Assembly: GCF_003918875.1 (NCBI RefSeq)
Contig: NW_025767318.1
Coordinates: 496,001-560,000 of the forward strand
Source of the DNA: Haliotis rubra
Taxonomy: Eukaryota
Direction: 5' to 3'
DNA: 64,000 bases
Position 1 is the stretch's first letter, and each line of letters opens with the position of its first letter. The translations under genes were made by a program, and so were the position numbers. Positions 41,501 through 50,900 of the stretch are shown in pieces. Under the pieces are notes generated by a model. That model saw nothing but the letters and a program-made list of their open reading frames with translations, was not told where the DNA came from and did not search any database.

Positions 41501-43827
41501 CGATTCGATGCATATCACGATATACTTTCTTTAGTTATTTTCTTTAAAAAAATATATGCTAATAGCAAGAAATTTTGACATAACCATCAATATCTAATGA
41601 AAATTAACAATTTTAAGGTCAACGATACATATCACGATACGAAAAAACGTACCGATATATTTATCGTCAGATAAAGTATCACGATTATCGATACTACGAT
41701 ATATCGACACAGCTCTAGAACCAATATTTACCATGAATAAATTTACCATGTAACTAATTAACAAATGATTTTTTCCGATTTTACAGTTGATGCAAATTAT
41801 GAAGGTGAGGAATAGTGAGCATATTTCAAATTCATAACAATTACACCACAATACATTATCACACTTCCTTCCCTCATCATTGGGGTGGTGGGGTAGCCTA
41901 GTGGCTAAAACGTTCGCTCGTCTTGCCGAAGACCCGGTTCGATTCCCCACATGGGTACAATTTGTGAAGCCCATCTCTGGTGTACTCCACCGTGATTAAA
42001 ACCAAACTCACTCACTCACTCCTTCTGTCATCTCACTTTATAAAAAAACAAACATTCATAGTCCACTGATGTTGCTTTGTATAATGTGAGTGAGTGAGTA
42101 TGGTTTTACACCACTTTTAGCAATATTCCAGCAATATCATGTCTGAGGACACCAGAAATGAACTTCACACATTGTTCTCATGTGGGGAATCAAACTTTGG
42201 TCTTTATCACGACGAATGAACGCTTTAACCACTAGACTACCCCACCACCCCTTAGTATAATGGAAGATTTCACAAAGAATATCATCTTCAGGATGACATG
42301 TATAAGGAAAGATCGGGATGAAAATGTAATGATTTATTGTGATATTAGAAATCATTGACAGGATGTCTGTGAGGGCAGCAGGTACAGCTGCAGGTAGCAC
42401 GGCACAGATGTCCTGGATGACTGTACTGTGGTTTGTTTATATAGCTGACAGCAGCTCAGTACATGATGTAATCCATAACATGCCACTTATACTGGATATT
42501 CTAGGGGTGGGGCTCAGTCTTTTTAAAATAATGTAATTTGATCTAGACATTTTGAGAAACTTAATTTTGTCATGAGCTTTAAAAAAGAAAAGATTAGTTG
42601 ATGGACGGAATGGATGTCTTGAAATAAATTTTGATACAAAATATGTGTGATTCCTCTGTCATGAAGCATTGAATACACACATTTTCTGACTCACAACTGA
42701 AATTCCCAGGGCCTGATCCAGAAAGCGTTTGTACTGTTACAAGCTATCATATCTGCGTAGTTTATTATAGGCTTACAAACATTGTATTGCTACAAATGCT
42801 TTGTGGATTGGCCCTCCCACATAGAGTATTAAATAGTCAGTCTTTAAAACCTTAACACATTTATTGTCACATCATTTGTCTCAAAGTGAATTGGTCAATG
42901 GAATATATCATTATACAATGATCATACAATGTTGATACAAGTGATCATTAAGGAAGGCATTCTGTGTAACACAACTCCATACTGCCAATTTTACACAGTT
43001 AACAGATTTTCAAGTGTCATTTGTAGCTTGTGATGTAAAACAAATTTAGAAACCAACCTAGCTGTCTCCAGTCTGGTTAGAGTCTGTTCATCATTCAGCT
43101 TAAGACGATAAAAAGTATGTCCTACCTTCGCAGCCTCCTCGTGTGAGATCTTCTCAAATGAAATGTCATTGGCTTCCGTAATGAGGTCCCCCGCCTTGAG
43201 ACCCTCATTGTCCGCAGGCCCATCCTCATCTACGGCCGATACGTAGATCCCAAGGCCGTATTCTACACCACCTCGTATTGTGAACCCGAAACCATCTTCC
43301 TCATCTGCTGGTGGGCCGATGTAGATCTGTAATGCTTCACCCTTAACTTCAGATTTAGAGAGTGGTCCAAGGCCATTGACCTTGGATATTGCATGTCGAG
43401 GCCGATCTCGGAGACTCCCATGAAGACTCGGAGTTCTGCTACCGGTATGTTGTTTCTTGTACACAGCGATGTCGGCTGCATGGGGCCGATAGAGAACAGG
43501 ACGAGGGAGAGTACTGTAGCGTTTACCTCCCTTTGTTAGTAACTCAAAAGCCTGGATATCAGACCGTGGAATGACACGTTTAACAAGGGGGAATAACTGT
43601 CGTTTCTGGGGTGAGTTAAGTAGTTTTCGTAATGTATTGACAAATTCGAAAACATCTCGTTGGTTGTTGTACAGATTTAGGGCATCGACGAAGGTGCTGA
43701 CTTCCTGTTGATCAAGATGCACATTCAGGGCCTCGTGGAGCCGACGCACGTTTACAGACATCGTTTTGGATCGTGGGATTGACTCGACTTTACGCCGCTG
43801 CGTTGTTGTCATCTTGAGACTCCCCAT
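3267..43827 (-). CDS. WHRN: Whirlin-like multi-PDZ scaffold (HHD1-PDZ1-PDZ2-HHD2-linker-PDZ3), 15 coding exons, about 905 aa; whole-gene span
   Basis: Exons join in frame at GT-AG junctions: 43126-43827, 40052-40267, 35119-35244, 34425-34630, 33733-33799, 32641-32853, 29681-29776, 28702-28809, 25069-25149, 23473-23544, 22190-22432, 21752-21831, 17280-17403, 3797-3946, 3267-3500. The N-terminal harmonin-homology domain (NVRRLHEAL...VIPRSD), [13 protein letters not shown] after PDZ1 and [18 protein letters not shown] in PDZ3 are whirlin hallmarks; PDZD7 lacks the N-terminal HHD. Confidence 0.93.
3797..3946 (-). CDS. WHRN: Whirlin coding exon 14: PDZ3 first half
   Basis: TTTCAG|[50 protein letters not shown]|GTATA. 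Confidence 0.95.
4232..4372. mobile_element. ORF-less inverted remnant of the same PLE pseudo-LTR
   Basis: The left arm is the reverse complement of about 31647-31723. The right arm has ggtacaagaatctgtatcgaaacgtc followed by ttctaaaatgccactca, as at 31657-31760. Confidence 0.75.
4580..5090. mobile_element. Non-autonomous foldback element, Crypton-like architecture
   Basis: Imperfect hairpin with arms of about 68 bp at 4938-5086, a short inverted pair tttatcatccaaaa/ttttggatgataaa, and an internal aggagatatcg palindrome. Family assignment is inference. Confidence 0.5.
5290..5557 (+). mobile_element. 3' end of a polyadenylated retroposon
   Basis: AATAAA at about 5518 followed by an A-tract of about 27 nt, antisense to the gene; no TSD identified. 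Confidence 0.45.
8370..8605. repeat. Tandem repeat of about 82 bp, about 3 copies
   Basis: tttcagaatagtgtcaatcaaaaagttcaacataagtccatctgctgaatagggtcaatcacaaatgacc. Confidence 0.85.
8973..9113 (-). CDS. Candidate alternative terminal exon of whirlin (PDZ3-less isoform)
   Basis: TTTTTCGTGACAG|[46 protein letters not shown]; phase 0, matching the exon-13 donor; minus-strand AATAAA at 7924-7929. Confidence 0.4.
   Translation of the reverse strand, partial: SDDCIIARQLNTSDEHIIRFRRKLHQAANDDELSDIILIQSVVPED
9824..11530. repeat. 32-bp minisatellite (ccggaaatgaaagggactcttggtaatacata)n interrupted by three SINE-A copies
   Basis: Direct reading; units degenerate after about 11260. Confidence 0.95.
9950..11003 (-). 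mobile_element. Three tandemly co-duplicated tRNA-derived SINE-A copies (about 9950-10123, 10421-10593, 10833-11003)
   Basis: tRNA-like head GGGGTAGCCTAGTGGTTAAAGCG...GGGTTTGAATCCCC, shared private variants, (CAGT)n tails. Confidence 0.9.
11535..11748 (-). mobile_element. SINE-C (tRNA head with Meta-like central domain), 3'-truncated
   Basis: GACCGCCTCCGTGGTGTAGTGGTTAGAG...GTCATACCAAAAGATGTTAAAATATGGTAC...CCTGCCTGGCGCTCGG. Confidence 0.8.
13000..14565. repeat. 77-bp tandem repeat array
   Basis: Unit ccagattacaggaacctccagaacagcagaagtaacatagcaacctccatagaagactgtggtataatagaacagga; the ORF-track offsets of 77 confirm the period. Confidence 0.95.
14902..15066 (-). mobile_element. SINE-A, full length
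   Basis: tRNA-like head, (CACT)n tail, TSD cactctatttcagt. Confidence 0.9.
15131..15388 (-). mobile_element. Retroposon B, 5'-truncated, with expanded (GAGT)n tail
   Basis: Matches the copies at 18476, 40623 and 54287. Confidence 0.85.
16941..17103 (+). mobile_element. SINE-A
   Basis: tRNA-like head, TSD ttaatgtcacacct. Confidence 0.9.
17280..17403 (-). CDS. WHRN: Whirlin coding exon 13
   Basis: TGGCAG|(R)[41 protein letters not shown]|GTGAGT; phase 2 to 0. Confidence 0.82.
18476..18714 (-). mobile_element. Retroposon B, full length
   Basis: GACCCGTGAAGGTCCGGG head to (CACT)n tail; TSD tcacattacatctca. Confidence 0.9.
20048..20802. repeat. 16-bp minisatellite (agagag[t/g]caacccc[a/t]c)n
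   Basis: Direct reading; accounts for ORFs 20028-20861 and 20033-20824. Confidence 0.95.
21752..21831 (-). CDS. WHRN: Whirlin coding exon 12
   Basis: TTTCAG|[26 protein letters not shown](AG)|GTATGT; DDSGVE resembles the whirlin EDSGVD motif; ends in phase 2. Confidence 0.82.
22190..22432 (-). CDS. WHRN: Whirlin coding exon 11 (Ser/Arg/Pro-rich linker)
   Basis: TTTCAG|[11 protein letters not shown]...[12 protein letters not shown]...PPVKHK|GTGAAG; an alternative in-frame donor lies 6 nt further on. Confidence 0.82.
22843..23160 (-). mobile_element. SINE-C
   Basis: Same body as 52743-53102, with a (CACCT)n tail. Confidence 0.85.
23473..23544 (-). CDS. WHRN: Whirlin coding exon 10
   Basis: TGCCAG|[24 protein letters not shown]|GTGAGT; 72 nt, phase 0-0. 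Confidence 0.78.
23820..24064 (+). mobile_element. Retroposon B
   Basis: gtgaaggtccgggttag...cttgtcgtaagaggcgact...ggcgtaaaccttaactcactcact. Confidence 0.88.
24082..24338. mobile_element. hAT-type MITE
   Basis: TIRs TAGAGGTGTGACGATA/TATCGTCACAGCTCTA, perfect 8-bp TSD GTGTCAAT, CGATA subterminal repeats. Confidence 0.88.
25069..25149 (-). CDS. WHRN: Whirlin coding exon 9
   Basis: TTTTACAG|[27 protein letters not shown]|GTAGGT; 81 nt, GC-richer than its flanks. Confidence 0.75.
25210..25760 (+). mobile_element. 5'-truncated L2/CR1-group LINE (ORF2 C-terminus and 3' UTR)
   Basis: [69 protein letters not shown]; (ATT)n tail. Confidence 0.9.
26700..28015. mobile_element. Probable non-autonomous Tc1/pogo-type DNA element; a related right-end fragment lies at about 1040-1165
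   Basis: Inverted subterminal motifs ccgactataagtcgg / ccgacttatagtcgg at both ends and a CpG-rich interior; exact termini eroded. Confidence 0.45.
28261..28532. mobile_element. ORF-less inverted PLE pseudo-LTR remnant with an internal 26-bp tandem repeat
   Basis: ttgagtggcattttagaagtt is the reverse complement of 31741-31761; (acagattcttgtaccattgtatcatc) occurs about 3.7 times; the right arm reads caagaatctgtaccgaaatgtcacactcacaaaataaagaag. Confidence 0.75.
28702..28809 (-). CDS. WHRN: Whirlin coding exon 8
   Basis: TGCCAG|[36 protein letters not shown]|GTAAC; 108 nt, phase 0-0; DTFSMLS recalls whirlin DTYSMVS. Confidence 0.82.
29681..29776 (-). CDS. WHRN: Whirlin coding exon 7: end of HHD2
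   Basis: CAACAG|[32 protein letters not shown]|GTAGGT; matches the whirlin FSLLSEVR...DLxRFD motif. Confidence 0.92.
30792..31764 (+). mobile_element. 5'-truncated Penelope-like retroelement (GIY-YIG endonuclease) with an inverted pseudo-LTR
   Basis: ORF 30927-31385 has [29 protein letters not shown]...SAISDH. A 138-bp inverted repeat spans 30792-30929 and 31559-31696. Flanking duplication AGCATTAAAATT at 30783-30794 and 31765-31776. Confidence 0.9.
31646..31685 (+). ncRNA. Minimal type-I hammerhead ribozyme-like motif (variant core) in the PLE pseudo-LTR; identical copy on the minus strand at 30803-30842
   Basis: TGC-TTGACAA-C-GGTACA agaatc TGTATC-GAAAC-GTC-GCA: compensatory U3/A8 core, helix II, palindromic ACGT in place of helix III. 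Confidence 0.6.
32641..32853 (-). CDS. WHRN: Whirlin coding exon 6: HHD2
   Basis: CTTCAG|[13 protein letters not shown]...[47 protein letters not shown]|GTAGG. Confidence 0.93.
33505..33676 (-). mobile_element. SINE-A
   Basis: tRNA-like head ending about 57 nt from the exon-5 donor. Confidence 0.85.
33733..33799 (-). CDS. WHRN: Whirlin coding exon 5 (67 nt linker)
   Basis: TTCCAG|(R)[22 protein letters not shown]|GTAAGT; phase 2 to 0, which bridges exon 4 and exon 6. Confidence 0.8.
34032..34172 (-). mobile_element. SINE-A with internal deletions
   Basis: TSD acaaatacatttga. Confidence 0.85.
34425..34630 (-). CDS. WHRN: Whirlin coding exon 4: PDZ2 second half
   Basis: CATAG|[26 protein letters not shown]...[17 protein letters not shown]...NA(AG)|GTACC; ends in phase 2. 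Confidence 0.93.
35119..35244 (-). CDS. WHRN: Whirlin coding exon 3: PDZ2 first half
   Basis: TTACAG|[42 protein letters not shown]|GTAATG; 126 nt. Confidence 0.95.
35432..35510. repeat. (GATA)n microsatellite
   Basis: Direct reading. Confidence 0.95.
35580..36500 (-). pseudogene. Highly degraded non-LTR reverse-transcriptase relic
   Basis: Minus-strand FLFADDA at about 35915-35935 (YADD-type motif) and [13 protein letters not shown] (WKxAxVxPIFK-like); limits approximate. Confidence 0.5.
38010..38730. repeat. Tandem repeat of about 75 bp, C-rich on the plus strand (G-rich in the pre-mRNA)
   Basis: ccagaccagtgatcaccctgcccata...tctgaactctctaccacc...cccagccccac repeated about 9 times. Confidence 0.9.
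39340..39805. repeat. 31-bp minisatellite
   Basis: Variants of aatcaggtgattaaacaatgcctattccaac. Confidence 0.9.
39820..39990 (-). mobile_element. SINE-A
   Basis: Head ends about 60 nt from the exon-2 donor. Confidence 0.85.
40052..40267 (-). CDS. WHRN: Whirlin coding exon 2: end of PDZ1 and linker
   Basis: CCTCAG|[20 protein letters not shown]...[15 protein letters not shown]...DERK|GTAGTG; 216 nt, phase 0-0. Confidence 0.93.
40623..40875 (-). mobile_element. Retroposon B, full length
   Basis: TSD agcctggctga. Confidence 0.9.
41434..41717. mobile_element. hAT-type MITE (same family as 24082)
   Basis: Near-identical TIRs; perfect 8-bp TSD GAACCAAT. Confidence 0.88.
41881..42251. mobile_element. 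Tail-to-tail inverted pair of SINE-A (41881-42020 +, 42087-42251 -)
   Basis: Two tRNA-like heads facing outward, about 66 bp apart. Confidence 0.85.
43126..43827 (-). CDS. WHRN: Whirlin coding exon 1: HHD1 and most of PDZ1
   Basis: ORF MGSLKM...[56 protein letters not shown]. Acceptor TTTCAG| at 43859, in-frame upstream TAG at 43837-43839, donor AAG|GTAGG, phase 0. Confidence 0.95.
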
Positions 43828-45180
43828 GAGTAATATCTACATCGTCAGTGACGTATTGTCTGAAAGAAAATAAGTCATAAGTCACTAGTGTGAAATAGTT
43901 CAGTAGTATAGACAATGAGAGAACAGAACCACCACCCCATTAATATGCAGAACTGAGGTGAAAACGCCTAATAATGGCATGGTGGTTCTCTCATTGTCTT
44001 AGACTAACAACTAGTCTCTGAAATTAACATATTTTACTGAAAAAAAGTACATAGTAAAAAAAAATAATATAATGAAAAGGAGACCTTAGACTTTCTTCAT
44101 TTTCAGAAGCTGTGGAAATCTAGACTTGCCACATTTTCTAGACTTGCGTGGGCTTTCTTGGATATATTTGCTTCAGGGTCTGTACGAAGACTATCATTGT
44201 CTATGCTACTAGTTCCCATACATATGATGAAATTAGTTCTATTCAACCAGTATCATAATGGCCTGTATATAATCAAATTTGATTTTACTATTTGATATGA
44301 TGACGACACTGCCTGGACAGACATGCAGTCAAACCAAGTACACCAGCTCATCCATTTAGCCATATATTGTAAAACATATGCTGAATAAGTATTCAAACCC
44401 GAGTTTGTGATTCACAATCCCCCAGACCCAGATGGGACATCAAATCCAAACCCAGTCAGGAGTAGTAATTAGTGAACATTTAGCACACATTGATGTACAA
44501 ATAAGTGAACACCTGAAAGTGTTCCTTTATTTATTTCCAGAATTTCTCAAACAGTGCAATACATACCTTGTGAAGAAACCTGGAAAAGAACAAAGGACCA
44601 CTAGTACTTTCATGTGTTCCCTTATTTGTTTCCATGAGTATATGTATGCAATAGCGTAATGACACATCCTTATAATTTACATTAGGAACTGGCCAATCAA
44701 GCTGATTTTCAAGATACCAAAATTAGATATGACAGTCTACATGCCTTCCCACTCATAGACAAATATAGAAGCCTTGACATTGATACTTCTCATGACACGT
44801 CTTCAGATTGACAGATTTCACTCCAACACGTATCATATCGAAGCAAAAGATGTGATTTAATGGATTCGGTTCACGTCAAAACCATGTTTATTATGGAATC
44901 AATGAAATGACTCAGAGTTGGAATTTCACGTGTGTCACAGCTGGGAAAGGTCTCTCTCAGAGAAGTAGAAAAATAACTTTGATCACTGAAACTAAAATAT
45001 CTCAGTGCTAAAAGAACATTACAAATGCTGCTGTGGAAAGGAATATAAAATATTACCCAGAAGGACACTGAACTATAAAATGTCATTGGCTAATTCATTG
45101 TTTTCCAATACAGCACTTATGGCTGTGATATTGCATCAGGGCTTGTTTGTAATTTACCTCCACACTCAGCAATATCCCAG

Positions 45181-45287
45181 GGCCTAGATTTTCGAAGCTT
45201 TCTTAGCGCTAAGATAGTCGTAAATGCCATACATTAACATTAACCTACGACTATCTTAGCGCTAAGAGAGCTTCGAAAATCTAGGCC
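45181..45287. mobile_element. Palindromic Harbinger-like MITE inserted in a retroposon-B remnant
   Basis: Near-perfect arms of about 42 bp, ggcctagattttcgaagc...gcttcgaaaatctaggcc; CAG (CWG) on both sides. Confidence 0.75.
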
Positions 45288-46369
45288 CAGCCTTGTAAAC
45301 TGTAAGAACCAAGTCTACTGAGCAGACAAGCCAGTGATGGCCCATAGAATATGATACTTTCACACCAGAAAAAAACAATGGTTTTGTCCAAAAGCTTGAT
45401 AGTTGAAAACCATGCTAGAATGACTGACCATGTAATAAAGGCTCCACCAAATCCTAGCCTCTATTCTGTAAATGCTACTCTAGCTTCCAGTGAAGTTAAT
45501 TGGTAATAGTATTGAAAACACAACTTTTCATTAGAAACCATTGTTACATGCTATTATATTTCAGAAAGTGAAGTTTAATATTTCCAGCAAATATGTACAA
45601 TTCCTGAATTCATACATATATTTTCTGCTTATGAATCAGAAATTATAATTCACAAAAGTCAAAAAAATTTCATCTAAATATGTATGATATTTTCCAAACT
45701 CTGAATTATGATGTTTCTAATAGATATATACCATTCCTAAACTAACGCCAAGTTCGTTTGTCACTTAACACTAAACTAATTTCACCAACATATTAGCTAC
45801 ATGACAGCAAGCCTTTGGACCAGACAAGCCAGTGATTGAGCTTATCTTGGGCTTTTAAGGACATCAACCCTGCACTGAGGCTGACCATCCAATCTATCAA
45901 GGTATTCTGGCATTTTGGCCAAGTAACCCAACAGAGGCTGGGGTGGAAATAACCCATTGCCTGACGTCCCAGTCCAGTGCTTTTGCTGTCGGGCAAGCAA
46001 ATTTGTATATCACGCTGTACCAGTGTCCAGTTGACTTTCCAATGTTAATTGGAAAGTTTATTTAAAAAATGAACAGGAATATCAGTTGGTATAGTGGAAA
46101 AATTATCAGGGCAAGTGATTTTACATGTGCCACTGTACTGGAGTACACTAGCAATTTTAAAGTTATTTCCACCCCTGAGAGGTCTTCACTTCAGTGAATT
46201 GTCTTCATATAAATGGATCTTATCCACTGTTCATGACATCACAGGCAACTTCTCATATGAGCAGAGCTTGTGTCCCTCTCAGATCTGCAGCCCAAGCTTT
46301 CTACATGCTCATGACTAGACCTAATGTCAGAAGTTGGCTTACTGTTGTTGAGAGATGAACATTACCTTC

Positions 46370-46725
46370 ACTGTTTGGTGACCAGACAACATCTGAATGG
46401 AGAGTGGTACATTACTAACATCCTAGACTGGGTTGTTGTACCACATTTTGATGTCCATCCTCTGAACACAAGGCCAGTCTTCATGGACAACAATGCTGGG
46501 TATCATCATACCTTGACCTGCCGAGTCCAGATCTCAGTCCCATAGAGCATGTTTGGGACATTATGGGTCGCAGAACACACCAGACAGATCCTCCAAACTC
46601 TTGAGAGACGGAACAAGCCCTCCATCAAGATTTGAAGGCAATACCTCAATGTCAAATTCAACATCTGACACAGTCAATGAGGATGAGGGTCAGAGATGAC
46701 ATTGCAGTTGGCGGAGGTTACACCA
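46370..46725 (+). pseudogene. Tc1 transposase catalytic-domain relic
   Basis: LNGEWYITNIL..VVPHF..FMDNNA, SPDLSPIEHVWD, IPQCQIQHLTQSMR..GGYT; frameshifted. Confidence 0.8.
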
Positions 46726-47101
46726 TATCTATTTTATTTATATATATTTATATAGCGCCAATATCCAGATCACCTGCTCAAAGGTGCTTTGTTTTTCCCT
46801 CGATCATTGGATGTCAGTCTCAAATGGCACATTGTATTATCAATGTATGTTGACATTGTGCACAGTAGCTGATACTTGATTTCTTGAGCATTGTATGCCA
46901 GAACCTTGAAAATGACAACACTTAACATCATAAGACCATAATAATCAGCACTGCAAAATGAGCCAATTTTTTGCAATATTGTCTGTATAAACTAGTTTTT
47001 TGTTCTTTTTGCACTTAGATTTGCCGTTTAATGATTAATGATGGTCAATATGTCCTGATTGTAATTGAAACTGAGGTCCGGATAAGTTCCTTTGCCATGG
47101 A

Positions 47102-47325
47102 GACCCGTGAAGGTTAGAATGAACCTTCCGTAACCCATGCTTGTCGTAACGGGATCGGGTGGTCAGTCTCACTGACTTTGTTGACACATGTCATCGGTTC
47201 CCAATTGTGTAGATCGATGCTCATGCTGTCGATCACAGGATTGTCTGGTCCAGGCTTGATTATTTACAGACTGCCGCCATATAGCTGGAATATTGCTGAG
47301 TGCAGCGTAAAACTAAACTGAACTA
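47102..47325 (+). mobile_element. Retroposon B
   Basis: gacccgtgaagg head with small deletions; conserved tail. Confidence 0.85.
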
Positions 47326-50300
47326 TTTTGTTTTCAGAAGTAGATTACAGTTACGATGAATACACATTCTTCATATGAACAAAGCAAGACGAGGAGCGAA
47401 AACAAATACATCATGCGTTTTTGAAACGCCAGTCAACCTCAGGGTGCGTCGATGTTATCAGGGTGTCAAGTCGCTCGTTTTGACACGTGAAAGCCTGTGC
47501 CATGGTAAATGGTAACCACTGACATTAAAATACAAATTGTTGCATTACTTTTATCCATGTGTATATTTGCATAGTCTGACCCTAACCATGGGCGTGAGTT
47601 TATTTATTTAAAGCAAAACCTAATGATTGAGTTATGAAAATTGTTCATGGAATTTACATGCAGGCTACAATGGCCCATATTGATCTCATTATAATGATTC
47701 ACACCAACACCAATACCAACATAAGGCCTCTGTTCAAACAGACACACCCCATGACTCACAGTGCAAATGGTTTACATCCAATCTCAGTTTTTAAGGAAGA
47801 GATTTTTATGGATGTCAACTCCTTTAATATGATGACCGCAGCATTTCGGAGTTGTGTTCATCATAATAAAGAGGTTGACATCCATATTAACTCTTTTCCG
47901 TATGAGTATTACTTCTAAATGCCATTCAAAGACCTCAATTTTTAAGCTTACAATATTAGCATACATTAAAACCCTGGTTTACATATTACAAAAGTTGCTT
48001 AAGACCGTATGATAACATTTTCAGAAATGAAGGTCAAACATTGTTGTCGCAAGGTCACTGACAAGTCAGTAATTGAACATCTGTACCTCCATAAAGACCC
48101 AACTAACTCATCTTCACTGAATCCCTAACCAGATCTCACAGTAGTTTTCACAAAACTCATAAAATGGCAGGAGCTATTTTTTATTTCCCTTTCTACATAC
48201 CTTTCTACTATCATCTGATCAGGCAATCGCAGGAGTCCTTGTCCTGAGGCAACATGTGACCTCTGACCTCAGTAGCAAACCAATCAAACACCAGGCATGT
48301 TCCCATAGAGACAATCAGATGGGTTGTCTTCACTGCACATGGAGTTAATTATTCATCCTACTCTGCCAAATTAGCCCAAGTGAAGTTGCATGTTGTGGCC
48401 AGTGGAAATGCATGAGGTCGCAATACAATGCCTTGTAGCCTACATCTGATTGTTTTTACATTTCTATAAGCGTAGCATTAAGGGAAACAAATATCTGGAC
48501 TGCAAGGTCAACTGATGGTGGTTTCCTTGCTCAACTACATTCCAGCAATTGCAAGATGGTCGGTAAATTAATCAGTCTGAACCAGTCTATCCAGTGATTG
48601 ACATTCCCTCACTCTGGTCAAGACGGCCATATTCCATGATGTCAAAATGAAAATATATGTTATAATTTGCAAACTGATATACACTGAGGAGGGGCTAAAT
48701 GCCACACTCAGCAAGATTCCAGGAATTGCACAATGGTCAGTAAAGGGTTGAGTCCGGGCAAGACTATCCTGTGATTGAAATTCCTTGACTCGAGTCAAGA
48801 CGGCCATATTCCATGATGTCAAAATGAATATATATGTTATAATTACCAATCTGACATGTGTTGAGGAGGGGCTGAGACACCAAAGTAAGCATCTTCCAGG
48901 TGTAGCAGTACTACAACCGAGCAACTGTGGCATGTGAAAATTTGATTCAGGACCAGACAAACATGTGATATTATGAACAATGATTAGCAGTTCGTATAGC
49001 TTAAGTCATAAAATGACACACCAAAACCCAAGTGACTGACCTTGACCTCTCAATATCTGACATCTCCTCACCTTACAAGTGACCTAATTTAACACTGAAT
49101 CTCCACTGTGGGGATTGCGAACATTCGCTGAACCTTTTATGCATGAAATAATTTTCCAGTCAAACTCTGTTCAACCTGTGGTCAACATCCATACCAACAG
49201 TTATAATACTACTCTCCCTCATACTAATTATTGAACACACAGACTGTCAGCTGGCACAGCTTATGTTTAGAAGATTTTTCAATGGGTAAGTCAATACTTC
49301 CACTGAACAATATTTTAATTCTTCTTAGTATTTCATCCTAATAATGTGATGTAGCATGATACATCATTCCAGCCTCTAAGTGCCACTTAAAGAAGTTAAT
49401 AATGTGAAGTACTAAAGAAAGTAAAAAATGGAGTTTGGGATTTCATCCAAATAAGTTGAAAAGTGTTTTGATTTTGACTTACAAGACATTATGTATGTGT
49501 TGCTAAAACACCATAGATATTCTTCACACTGTTATCATTGGAGATTATAACAATCGTGAGTTGGTTGAAGCACATGTGCATGTTATGCACCAATTGTATA
49601 AACACAGTTGATTGTGATTATAAGTGGTATACCTAGACTAATGCTTAGTCTCTGAATATATATATAATTTTGATTGTAACAAATAAATCCATTTAAATTG
49701 AAAAGGAGACCCAAGGAGACCAGAGATTCAGAATTGCTTCATGTAGGGCTTTAGCATTGCAGGGAGGGCTTGGCTGTAGGGAAAATAGTGTGGTTCAGGG
49801 ACTGAGACAGACTAGTGGTATAAGTATACCCATTAAAGGCACACATGAAAAAGCCAAAATTATCACTAGTGGAGTGTGAACTATCCAATGAAATGCTGAT
49901 TGGGCTTGGACCAGCCATATTACCGAATTCGGCTGTACACAGCTCAACTGGTAAATGTGATGTGTCAAACAGACTAGCCAGGCTTCTAAGAGTCAGAACT
50001 GGGAGTGAGTGAGTTAGTGAGTTTAGTTTTACGCTGCACTCAGCAATATTCCAGCTATATGGCGGCGGTCAGATCAGGACCAGACAATCCAATGATCAAC
50101 ATCATGAGCATCGATCTACGCAATTGGGAACCAATGACATGTGTCAACCAAGTCAACCAGCCGATCTGCTAGGTGGGATATCTGCAGTGTTTTGGCAATA
50201 CATACACAATGTTTGTGACATGTAAGACAAAAATCAATACACATTTCAAAATTTACATTGTCAGCAATGAGGGTTAACACTTCAAAAGGAAACATGGCAA

Positions 50301-50361
50301 ACTACGACCATGCATAACATAAAACATTGCATAAAAATTACAAAAAAACATGTGAACGTAC

Positions 50362-50760
50362 CTCAGTGAATATCCGATGGACGATACTTGTATCCTTATT
50401 TCCTTCACGAGCGCTTCACATTGGTATTGTTGCCAACAGTTTCACAAACTCTCAAAGATGGCGCGGCCAGTCCCTCAACTGGTAGTATCCCTCACCATGG
50501 TATACATTGCACTCACTGACGTGCAGCTCAAATCAGAACACTTGGTAAACTCCAATCAAATGGCACCGTCGAGAACTCTTCACACCGCCTTTAAATCCAA
50601 CTTCAAGAAAAGGACAGTTATAACTTAACACTTGGCAACAAAGTCTGTCAAAGCTTGCAGCAAATCTGCACCATCAAAAGCCGTATACGTTAATAAATAT
50701 CGATACCTGTAGATGGATGAATATTTAACCAAGGCAATCTGCTGTGTTATACGCACGCAC
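50362..50760 (-). other. Probable non-coding first exon (5' UTR) of whirlin; 5' limit approximate
   Basis: Donor GAG|GTACGT at 50361, CpG-richer than its surroundings, no long ORF, and the downstream exon has an acceptor before its ATG. Confidence 0.55.
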
Positions 50761-50900
50761 ACATGTTCCGATCAATCAAACTATCCCGACTTCGATGATT
50801 AAATCACGTGACCGTGTAACAGGTGCCCGTGCCCGTGCAAACATTAAAGTCTGACGGAGTTATGTCCCCTTAGACACTTTCCTGTTGCTTTTGACATTCG
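50760..50900 (-). promoter_or_regulatory. Putative whirlin promoter region
   Basis: CpG-enriched; TCACGTGA E-box at 50804-50811; GTGCCC tandem; lies next to the candidate first exon. Confidence 0.4.

Noticed and set aside
3267-43827. Assignment as PDZD7 or harmonin (USH1C)
   Set aside because: The N-terminal HHD sequence and the PDZ3 motif [14 protein letters not shown] fit whirlin. A single invertebrate gene could still be co-orthologous to WHRN and PDZD7.
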